Part shown: one piece after another, positions 36,401 through 45,859 of the stretch | Layout of the letters: the number at the start of each line of letters is the position of its first letter | Numbering within the stretch: the stretch's first letter is position 1 | Origin: Macrostomum lignano | Lineage: Eukaryota | Assembly (NCBI GenBank): GCA_002269645.1 | Contig: NIVC01001158.1 | Location: forward strand, 1-64,000 | Length of the DNA: 64,000 nucleotides | Direction of reading: 5' to 3' | The notes under the pieces: generated by a model | Told to the model about the DNA's origin: nothing | The model's input: only the letters and a program-made list of their open reading frames with translations | The model's database searches: none | Program-made: the position numbers and the translations under genes

Positions 36401-37015
36401 CTGCCTGAAATATACCCGCCTGATTAAGGACATTTGCGGACTGGACGCATTTGTCCAATCCAACACCATTGCGGGCTTGGCCATGGCTGTATTCACCACC
36501 AAGTTTATGGAGCCCAACACTCTTGGGGTGATTTCCCGCCGGTCGGATGTACAGTCGCACAAGGCGCGGTGCTGGCTGGCACATTTGAATGCAACCGAGT
36601 TTGGCGGCCGGTTGCGGACAGCCGACTCTGGCGGCGAGGCTTTCGCCATGGGCCGTAAGGTGGACGGTTTCGACCCGGAGACCAGGACAGTGCTGCAGTT
36701 TCATGGCTGTTTCTTCCATGGCTGTCCCAAGTGCTTCCCCAACGGTGACGTGCTGCACCCGCTCAAGAACCAGCCAATGCGGGCAATTTATGAGGAGACT
36801 GAGCGCTTCACCCGGCTGCTCTCCACTGCATACAATGTACGTGTTCTGTGGGAGCACGACTATCAGGGCGAGGGAGCGCCAGTCCAGCAGCCTATACGCC
36901 TGGAGGAAGCCCTGTTTGGCGGCCGTACCGAGGCTTTTGTCCCGCACGCCGAGGCCACCGAGACTGTAGAGCTGCGCTATCGGGATGTGGTACACACTGT
37001 GGATGTGGTACACTT

Positions 37016-37049
<34 letters not shown>

Positions 37050-38038
37050 GACATGCGTTTGAGTTTATCTTATCCTCTAATTCTCTATTATCCTTATTAT
37101 ATTATATTATATTATCCTTATACTTATCCCTAGGTGTCGCTCTACCCGACTGTCAACAAGTTTGACAAGTACCCTGTCGGGCACCCGGTTCACCACCCCG
37201 TGCCTCATCTACTGGATGAGCAGCAGCTGGCCCGGTATTTTGGTATCGCTGAGGTGTCGATTCTGCCGCCAACCAATCTCCACATTCCGCTACTGCCCGC
37301 CAAGATTAGCAAGAAGCTGGTTTTCGGCCTCTGCCGCGTCTGCATGGAGACCCAGTGCAGCAGCGAGTGTACACACACTGACGCTGAGAGAATGCTCCGC
37401 GGCACGTGGTCGACCCCAGAGCTCCACAAGGCCCTGCAGTTGGGTTACAAGCTGCAGTCAGTTCATGCCCTGGCCTATTGGACCGAGACTCGCACGGGTT
37501 TGTTTGCAGATTATGTAAACACTTTTTTGAAGCTCAAAGCCGAGTCTAGCGGTTCGCCGGGGATGACTGAGGACGCCAAGGCTGCCTACATGGCCAGCTT
37601 TTTCGAGCGCGAAGGCCTCCGGCTTGAAAAGGTGGAAGAAAATCCCGGCCTGCGCCTTGTGGCCAAGATTTTTCTAAACTCGTAAGTTTTTCTACTTGCA
37701 GTGGGGCCGTGTTTTTCTACTTACAGTAGCCAGATATACAAAAATTTATTTTTCCCTGCAGGCTCTGGGGCAAATTCTGCCAGCGCGACGACCTGACCTC
37801 CACAGAGATTGTGGACAGCTACGAGGCGTGGCTGCAGCGCCTGACAGACCCCTCGATCAAGGTCAAGTCGTGCGAGCCAATTGGGGAGAGCTTTATGATG
37901 CTCGAGTACAAGCCCCGATTTGGCGGTGCTGGCGAACGGGCATTCAAGTACGCTAATGTACCTATTGGCGTTTTCACCACCTCCCACGCCCGGCTGCGAC
38001 TCTACGAGGCTCTGGAGGGTCTAGGAACCCGAGTCATT
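33405..38038 (+). pseudogene. Protein-primed DNA polymerase B (Polinton pPolB with Vsr-like insert), 6 exons, one frameshift, truncated before motif C
   Basis: Exons 33405-33465, 34181-34225, 34297-34865, 35072(or 35093)-36989, 37134-37681, 37762-38038. Motifs YDFET, AHNGSAYD, KGDFPHVFN, VDG...QFHGCFFHGCPKC, LFGGRTEAF, DV|VSLYP and KIFLNS|LWGKF are restored by GT-AG splicing. Frameshift near 35415. Confidence 0.93.
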
Positions 38039-38755
38039 CCGGGCCTCAATATCATCAGCCTCTACGCTCCTTCTCTTCGACGATGAGGACGAGGATATGT
38101 CTGAGGAGATCGCCGTGGTTCGTGAGCGCTTTCCTCGCATTGTGGCCTCATTTTTCCGCGGGGACATTGACTGGTTGAGGTCTCGCCACCCTGGCGGCCT
38201 GCCCTCCCAAGCCACCTTTGTCAGAGCCTTTAATCGGGTTCTTGATACTTTGGTGGCCCGAGGGGCTGATCTGCGGGAGGTGCTGGAGGCGGAGACGCTA
38301 CACCAGGCCTTCACGTGAACAAGCGGGTCCTGTTGGGCAATTTCAAGGCAGTTGAAGCTTCGCGAGGGAGGATCCGTTTGCTGCGCAATTGGCTCAATCA
38401 GGACCCAAAGTTTAATTGGCGCTACACGATCGAATTCACGCCTGAACTGTGGCGCAGGATGTTTGCCGCCCGTTTGGACAAGCTCTTCAAGCCGGCACCT
38501 GAGGCACCCCCTCCAGCCAAGCGAGTCAAGACAGACACGCCTCCGGTAGCCAGGACTGAGGAGGATGTTCTTCAGCTTGTGGGTCTCAAACCCTACCAAT
38601 CTCCGCCCTGGGAAAATCTGTATAACGAGGGTTGGGACTGCTAGTTTCCTATTGGTTCGCACCGCCTCACTCGATCCGTCTATATAATTAGTGTTTCCTC
38701 TCTGGAGAGTCGAACCTATCCTAGCTCTAATACTTTACTCTCTGTTGATTCCAAC

Positions 38756-39712
38756 ATGGCCCGCCGAGCTCTATCCAACCTCTGGGATAATAATCGCCCG
38801 ACTGAAGAGTTAACCAGCCTCGAGGGTGATATCCCTGAACACATAGTTCCCCTAGGCACTGAAAACAACGGAACCGATAATTGGGAGGCTGATCAATATC
38901 TAGCTTGGGCCATGTCCTATGATAGCGACACCGAATCTGAAGTTTTTGACCTCCCGCTGCTGGCTATCGGCGGGGTTGTGAACGGCGCCCCTGCTGCTGC
39001 TGCCGCCTCTGTCTCTACTGCGCCCGTCTCTGCCGCTGCCGCCTCTGCTTCAACTACCTCCCACCGGGCCTCAATATCATCAGCCTCTACGCTCCTTCTC
39101 TTCGACGATGAGGACGAGGATATGTCTGAGGAGATCGCCGTGGTTCGTGAGCGCTTTCCCCGCATTGTGGCCTCATTTTTCCGCGGGGACATTGACTGGT
39201 TGAGGTCTCGCCACCCTGGCGGCCTGCCCTCCCAAGCCACCTTTGTCAGAGCCTTTAATCGGGTTCTTGATACTTTGGTGGCCCGAGGGGCTGATCTGCG
39301 GGAGGTGCTGGAGGCGGAGACGCTACACCAGGATTGGCTAATAGGGCGTAATTCGTATGCCCCCGACTCGGAGGCGTACCTGGCCGGTCCGGGAGCGCGC
39401 CCGACTGCGTGGGATGAGCCTGCAGTCTGCTATCCGGTCCGGATAGCTACTGCTATCCGGTCTACCAACTGGGAGGAGCACCTTTCGTTGGTGCGCTATA
39501 CAGCGTCTCTACGCCTGTGGCGGCTGGAGGAGGATTTAGGTTTGGTTAGATATTACACTGTATACACAACTCATCTAATCATATACCTTGCCTATATTCT
39601 ATCTACATTGACTGTTATAATTTCCACATTGCCAGTCATCCGACTACTGCTTCGAGAGCGTGGAGGAAGAGGCCGCGTACGAGACAGCCCTGAGGGAGCG
39701 TATGGAGATTGA
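38756..39712 (+). CDS. Orphan 318-aa protein (right arm copy)
   Basis: Translation identical to 31562-32518. Confidence 0.6.
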   Translation: MARRALSNLWDNNRPTEELTSLEGDIPEHIVPLGTENNGTDNWEADQYLAWAMSYDSDTESEVFDLPLLAIGGVVNGAPAAAAASVSTAPVSAAAASASTTSHRASISSASTLLLFDDEDEDMSEEIAVVRERFPRIVASFFRGDIDWLRSRHPGGLPSQATFVRAFNRVLDTLVARGADLREVLEAETLHQDWLIGRNSYAPDSEAYLAGPGARPTAWDEPAVCYPVRIATAIRSTNWEEHLSLVRYTASLRLWRLEEDLGLVRYYTVYTTHLIIYLAYILSTLTVIISTLPVIRLLLRERGGRGRVRDSPEGAYGD

Positions 39713-40977
39713 CTGATAAGGTATTTCTCTTTGTACGCGGTTTGGGGAACCCAACACTGTACACTGGGTAGGTTAGAATGGGACGCTAGCTGGGGGGCCT
39801 CTATGTGTGTATACACGGGGGTTAAAAGACCAATTCTGATAGCTCGCACCTAGGGAGGAAATTGGCAGAGGGGCCGGCCCAAAAAACTGTAATGGGCTGG
39901 CCCCGGGCTCGAGTCCACCCACCTAAAATATGGAGGGTCTTACAACCTAATGACTTGAAATATTTTCAACGCAATTGTACCCATAAGAGGGTTAGGGCGG
40001 CGAAAACGGGCGGCTAAAACCTCCCTTTTGGGATTTCCCCGAACCGCTTTTGTTTAATATTTATGCACCTGCGGGTTAGACAATATTTACTCTTTAGTCG
40101 GTGTGACATTATTTACGCGTCTGTTGAAATTGCACCTGGGCGTTTGCCTATAATCTGATTATACATGCGCGCCTGTATTATACAACTACACCTTCTGATA
40201 TATGCATGCCTTGTAAACCCGCTTTATACATTAATCCGATATGTATCGAAAGTACACTTTGTAAACCTACTTTATACTGTGTGTATTACCACCTATGTAG
40301 TGCTTAGAGTACCTGCTTTGTCTATTTCTGTCAAATATGCACCTACATTGTGTGTTTTTGCTGCTCATATGCTCCAATATGTACATTTTAATATGTAATA
40401 TGCGTCATTATTCACCTACCAATATGTTTTATCTACATTTTTATGTAAATATACTCAATTTCACCTACTATAAGTAGTTTTCACTAGCCTAATATCGTTG
40501 ACTACATATCTGTGTATGCATACATATCGGGAGAGTGTACTGTGGAGAGTGTACATATCGGGAGAGTGTACTGGGGAGAGTGTACTGGGGAGAGTGTACC
40601 TTTGGCTCGGGAGAGTGTACACTCGGGGCGCCTGCGGCATGGGCGTCTGCGGCTCAGGAGGGTGCGCCTGCGGCTCGGGAGGGTGTACATATCGGGGTAC
40701 ATGTCGGTAGGGTGAGCATACATATCGGTACATATCGGTAGGTGCGCCTGCGGCGCTTGGCGCCACGCGCCTGCGGCGCGCGCGCGCCGAGCGCCGATAT
40801 CGATACGGGTATCTATCACCTAGTGATCGGGGCGCCAGCCAATGAGAGGCGAGGAGGGTTGACACCCACCCCACCTCCAAAATCGACGGATCTACCGTTG
40901 CTTAGTAGTATCGTCTTTATTTTATAGGAGAAATAGTAGACACCTTAAATTTAGATGATAACAAACATAGTCACTCA

Positions 40978-41877
40978 ATGTTAAAAAGATTAGATCGTTT
41001 AGGTAAAAAATTGGATTATGATATTGATACTTTTAAACTCGCTGCAAAATATGCACAAGAAGGAAGACCCATTTCATTTAAGCACAACCGTAAAACCTAT
41101 AGGCTAACAGATTCTGATGTAAAATTTTTAATGGAGAGTCACATAAAAAGGGATGGTGGATTACTACCCTTTCTACCAATCCTTTTAGGACTTGGGGCAG
41201 CAGGAGCAGCCGGTTTAGCAGGCAAAAGGATTCATGATAACCGAAAACAGTGAGCAAAATTAAAAGAAAAACAAGGGGGCATACTTCCACTTGCAACTTT
41301 GCTCCCAATAATTTTTGGAGGAATTGCCGCGGCTGAAGGAGTCGCTGGTGGAGCGGCTGGAGTTGCAAAAGCAGTAAATGACAAAAAAGCTGCGGATGAA
41401 AAAGCTAAACGAGATGCAGAATTTCAAAGACAGCAAATAACGCAGGACGCACAATTCAAACAAAAACTTATAGACACAATTAATAGTAGTTCAGCAACAC
41501 CAGAACAAAAAAAATGCAGAAGCTAGGTTAGCAGCCGGAAAAGGTTTAATTTTAAAAGGAACAACTCACGGTGAGGGTTTAATCTTGCAAGGAATGACCC
41601 ACGGAAGCGGAGTTGTCGCAGACAAATTTCATGAATTCGGTCAAACCTTGGAAAAACCGGCGAAGAAGCTAAAGGATTTTTCGACAATATCGGAGCTAAT
41701 TTTAGACCTGCGGTTCAGAAAATTTTTAATAAATTAGGAAAAGATTTTAACATAATTAAAAAACATGACGGAAGCGGATTATATCTCGAAATGCGACCAA
41801 AAGCAGGTTCAGGAATCTTCTTAAATGCAAACGTTATGGGTAGTGGCTTACTGTTACCAAAAGCGGAACTCGAATAA
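40978..41877 (+). pseudogene. Polinton B small virion/core protein cluster with amphipathic Gly/Ala helices and GxG repeats
   Basis: DGGLLPFLPILLGLGAAGAAGLAGK; GGILPLATLLPIIFGGIAAAEGVAGGAAGVAKAVNDKKA; repeated GKGL/GEGL/GSGV/GSGL/GSGI/GSGL. Confidence 0.65.
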
Positions 41878-41960
41878 GCTCCTGTGGGGAGGGTCAGGAT
41901 GCCCAAAACATAAAATTAAAAAACCAATAATTCAAACATTGTATAAATTTTATTCTATAA

Positions 41961-43205
41961 AATGGAAATATTTTAGCTCAAATCGACAACCCAGAACTTA
42001 GAGCTCAATTAATAGCTCAAATCAAAGCACAACGAATTGCCGATAGGGCGGAAATAGAAGCTAGAATTAGAGCAGAAAATGAAATCAATTTACAAACACA
42101 ATTAGATATTATCGAACAAACAGCATCACCACCAGCGAATGGTGCTGAAATAATAAATATTAATATTGATATGAATACAGATTATAAAGAATATTTTAAA
42201 CAAATGAAAGAAAAATTAAAGACCGTATTAGACGAATATACTATGAGACAAAATAACAAACGGCAGCCAGTTAGGTATAAAATTGAAATTGAAACAGAAT
42301 TTAAAAAACCAAATATGATAAATGCAATTTCAGAAATTGAAGTAATAAATACCTTTTCACAAGAATCATATAAGTCACTTTTATCAATGGGAACATATAC
42401 CAAACAATTTGATAATATCGAAGCAGAGTTTGATAAATGGATTGATAAGATGACAGAAAACGGATCAGGCTTCATTTTTGTTTCTTATAACTCAGCCACA
42501 GTAAAGATTGTTCCTATTGAAGTTCTTCGAGGACGATCACATATGGATCCAGGATTTACATCTCCCATGATCATAAATCCCAACAATGAAGATGATAAGT
42601 GTTTATTATGGTGTTTACTAATTCAAAAATATCACAAACAAGTAAAATGGCATGTAAATAAAATATATTATTAGAGATTATGTGGATGAAATAATAATGA
42701 AAGACATATCCTACCCAGTATCCATAGATGATATATATAAGATTGAAAAAATGAATGGGTTAAATATTAATGTATTTTCAATTGAACAGCCAAACGATTG
42801 GGTTAAAGCACACGATAAAGAATGATATAAAAAAAAGATGTTTTCTTATTAAGCCAGCAACTGATATAACAGCACCAGACCAAATCGATTTATTGTACAT
42901 ACAGCATGAAAACAATACACATTATATATACATAAAAGATATTTGTTCCTTATTAAGAACAAATGGAAATAGAATGCCAATATGTAGAAATTGTTTCACA
43001 TTTAAAAAGAATGAAAGTGCTCTTAAAAACCTAATTATTTACTAATGTTGTAATGCCCAATGAAAAAGAACAAATATTAAAGTTCCAACAACATTTTATG
43101 GCAATTAAAAAACCAATTGTAATATATGCTGATTTTGAAGCATCAAACATACCCCTCAAATGTCCTAAACAACAAGATACGGCTGAATGTACAAAAAATT
43201 AGCTC
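41961..43205 (+). pseudogene. Second pPolB type (Polinton B), N-terminal to Exo I only, frameshifted
   Basis: GSGFIF, INPNNEDDKCLLWCLL, YPVSIDDI.KIEKMN.L.INVF, IDLLYI...HYIYIKD, CRNCF, KKPIVIYADFEA; cut immediately afterwards. Confidence 0.85.
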
Positions 43206-43229
43206 AACAGCTCAACAACAACGGGAACT

Positions 43230-43761
43230 ATGTTTGTATTAAGGTAATTAATAAGAGCAGCGGTATCTGCGCCGGCTGCTGGTGCTATGGTAGGAAAATT
43301 TATTGCTCCACCATCTCCCTTATCGGGCATCCATCCAACATTATCACCAACCTGTTTTGATAAATAAGTATAATTTAAATGTTTAAGAACTCCATTAATC
43401 TCTGCGGGGTTTGTTGATGTCTCAACCTCAGCTCCGTTAATTCTTAGTTGCGCTTGGGAAAAACATTTATAAAACCAATCTTTCTCGATAACAATACCAG
43501 AACGATCGGCTATATCGCCGGCCGCAAGAGCTGTTCCGTCATTTCGTGTATATAAGCATCTAACACGGAAAATGCGTTTAGTTGCATTAGTATCGTATTA
43601 GTTGCACCAACATCAAAAGTTACCGTTCCGGTAGTAAAATTGTTTGAATTATCGCTTGTTGGTAGGGTATAATTTAAATCTTTTGCCCTGACCTCATTGA
43701 TATATTGCCGTGGTTTTTTGAAATAATACTTATCACTCCATCTGTTTTTTGTTTCAGCCAT
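43230..43761 (-). pseudogene. Double-jelly-roll major capsid protein, N-terminal part (frameshifted, truncated)
   Basis: After a frameshift: KDWFYKCFSQAQLRINGAEVETSTNPAEINGVLKHLNY...GWMPD, matching the Polinton MCP pattern F....L.I.G.E.E....P....G...W..D. Confidence 0.65.
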
Positions 43762-43795
43762 TTTTTTAAGTTAAAAAAGTTTTTTATGTTAAAAA

Positions 43796-44473
43796 ATGAG
43801 TCAATTTATGGATGTTGATGGTGAATTAGCGATTTATAAAGAGAAACAAAGATATTCTGATTTTGTTAGGGATTTACAAAAAAGAAAGTTAGGAATACAG
43901 TTAGCTGGTGAAAGATTTGCTGCTCCTTTTGTTAATCCTATTACGGGGAAAATTAGTGAATTAACAAAAACTGATAAAGAGCTTCTTGAAAAAATTGCTA
44001 AGAATACGGAGCCAAAAGAGGAAGATGTAATTGAGGATGAACCGCCCGCTTATGATGTTGATCAAGCACAATTGAGAGTTGCAGAGATTAGGGCTGCAGA
44101 ACTGGGTGGTAGGGAACAATATCAGAGAGCTTCTCCACAAAGTATTAGCGTGACGGATTTAGATAATGATAATTATCGAATTGGTGGGGTTGATAAAAAT
44201 CGGAATGAGCTATATAGAGAATTGGGTGAAGCATATAATATTATTATGAACCCTAGAGTAAAGTTTAATCCTGATTTATATACTGTGGATGAATTAGTAA
44301 GTGCTAAATTTTTTTATGATGAGTTAGGAGTAGGGGGTGTTAAAAACACTAGTTTGTATAAAAGGATTGATCAATCAATAAATAACAAACGAGCTGTTGG
44401 CGAAGGATTTAAAACTCCACGAAAACTTGTTTTAGCCGCTGCCAAAGCTGCTGGACATACAGGAATTATTTAG
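43796..44473 (+). CDS. Conserved-type Polinton hypothetical protein
   Basis: 225-aa ORF with NPITGKISEL near the N-terminus and a C-terminal GEG...RKLVLAAAKAAGHTG, which resembles the L..ASK.AGNT motif I recall from adintovirus proteins. Confidence 0.4.
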   Translation: MSQFMDVDGELAIYKEKQRYSDFVRDLQKRKLGIQLAGERFAAPFVNPITGKISELTKTDKELLEKIAKNTEPKEEDVIEDEPPAYDVDQAQLRVAEIRAAELGGREQYQRASPQSISVTDLDNDNYRIGGVDKNRNELYRELGEAYNIIMNPRVKFNPDLYTVDELVSAKFFYDELGVGGVKNTSLYKRIDQSINNKRAVGEGFKTPRKLVLAAAKAAGHTGII

Positions 44474-44497
44474 ATGTTAAATTTATTTTTTCATAAA

Positions 44498-45129
44498 ATG
44501 GAAACTAAAAAGATCTGTAGTAGATGTAAAGAAGAGAATTTTTTGCTTGAGTTTAGATATAGAATAACCCAGAATCGATATGAAGGTAATTGCAAAGAAT
44601 GTGGGAAATTTTATCAAAAAGAATATTTGCTATCCTCGATATTATGCTGAAAATAAAGAAAAAATTATAGAGAAAGTTAATATATGCACAAAACAATAAA
44701 GAAAAAGTTAATCAATATAGAAAAACAAGATATAGTGAAGATGAAAATTTCAAACTTATTGTAAACACGCGAACTAGAATAAATAAACTATTAAAATCAA
44801 CTAATGGTCAAAAAGACAACCATACTATTTATTATCTTGGTTGCCCAATTGAATTCTTTAAAGATTGGTTAAATTTCACCAAACATTATTATTTGCCAAA
44901 AGATTATATTGGTGTTTTGCATGTGGATCATTTTATTCCTGCTTCATCTTTTGATTATCGCAATGAGGAACAAATTAAAAAGTCGGAACATTGGACAAAT
45001 AAAAGATACCTAGCTGCTATGGATAATAAAACTAAATTTGTTAAAAAACCAACAATTAAAGAATTTGCAAAACAATTAGTGTTAACTTGTATTTTTAAGG
45101 CTATTAAAAATGAGCCAACTTTTGTTTGA
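44498..45129 (+). pseudogene. HNH endonuclease of the NCLDV/PLV type with an N-terminal CxxC...CxxC module (frameshifted)
   Basis: METKKICSRCKE...NCKECGK; YLGCPIEFFKDWL; LHVDHFIPASSFD...QIKKSEHWTNKRYLAAMDNKTK. Confidence 0.75.
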
Positions 45130-45830
45130 AGGTGGATTTTTAGATGTTCAAAAAGGACTAACAGGCTTACCACCAATCTTTACTACTGGAAAATATACTG
45201 GGGAACTACACCTACCATCAATGAACTTCACAGGTTAACCCGTGGCCTGAGTGGTAGAAGCAAAGCTACTGCTAGTCACTATTTGTGGCGACACCTTCAA
45301 ATTGCGTGAAACCCGTCATACAGCTTCAAGTACCACTTCAATTGAGAAATCTTTTGAAGGAACAGAGGTAACTCCTCTTCCCAAAGGTAACAAGCTTGAA
45401 GACATGGTGACAATGCGCAGTCAAGCTCCTAAGTATAAAAGTATAAGGAGAAGGTTCAGAGAGCAGACGGAGGTGGGTGGTAATTTAACCGCTTAAGGTG
45501 TGCTCCAGCCTCTTTCGAAAGATTGAGGGCAAACTACCCGGGACTAGGCTGGATTTGAGATTAAATCCTGATGATACTCCAAAAGCTGATTCAATTCCCA
45601 TCAATGGTATTGATTGGTTAGCATATTATCATGACTTAGCATACAGAGATGCTGACAAGAATTCTCCTGAGGAAGCATAAGATTAAAGCATGAAGCCGAT
45701 AGAAAAATGATTGAAGGATTAGATAATTTACAGGGATTATCGGTAAGCCAGAGATTAACTCGGTGGATGGTTAAAAAGATCTTGCAATCTAAAGTGAAAT
45801 TTGGTTTGGGAATTAATTACAATCAACATG
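45110..45830 (+). pseudogene. PLA2-domain gene of Polinton B, split by a group I intron (exon 1 45110-45235; exon 2 from 45537)
   Basis: Spliced reading MSQLLFEGGFLDVQKGLTGLPPIFTTGKYTGELHLPSMNFTG|PGTRLDLRLNPDDTPKADSIPINGIDWLAYYHDLAY; frameshift near 45678, then KHEADRKMIEGL...ILQSKVKFGLG. Confidence 0.9.
45236..45536 (+). ncRNA. Group I self-splicing intron, subgroup IC1-like, 301 nt, no internal ORF
   Basis: Helices found by eye: P1 CAGGU/GCCUG with U-G at the 5' splice site; P2; P2.1; P3 CACCUUC/GGAGGUG; P4 UGCGUG/UGCGCA; P5abc with A-rich bulge and GAAA loop; P6; P7 G(A)GAGCA/UGCUCC; P8; P9; P9.0; P10. Confidence 0.93.
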
Positions 45831-45859
45831 AAAATAATTGTGTAGAGTGTTTGTTATTA

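Larger units (their letters stand above)
30380..40909 (+). mobile_element. Non-autonomous Polinton-like element A2 (10,530 bp) with 2.6-kb inverted arms and 6-bp TSD ATCGTC
   Basis: ATCGTC at 30374-30379 and 40910-40915; termini ACTACT...AGTAGT; 30380-32966 is the near-perfect reverse complement of 38308-40909. Confidence 0.92.

Noticed and set aside
45251-45496. 81-aa ORF inside the group I intron as a homing endonuclease
   Set aside because: No LAGLIDADG, His-Cys, GIY-YIG or HNH motif; it runs through the ribozyme core and starts at GTG.
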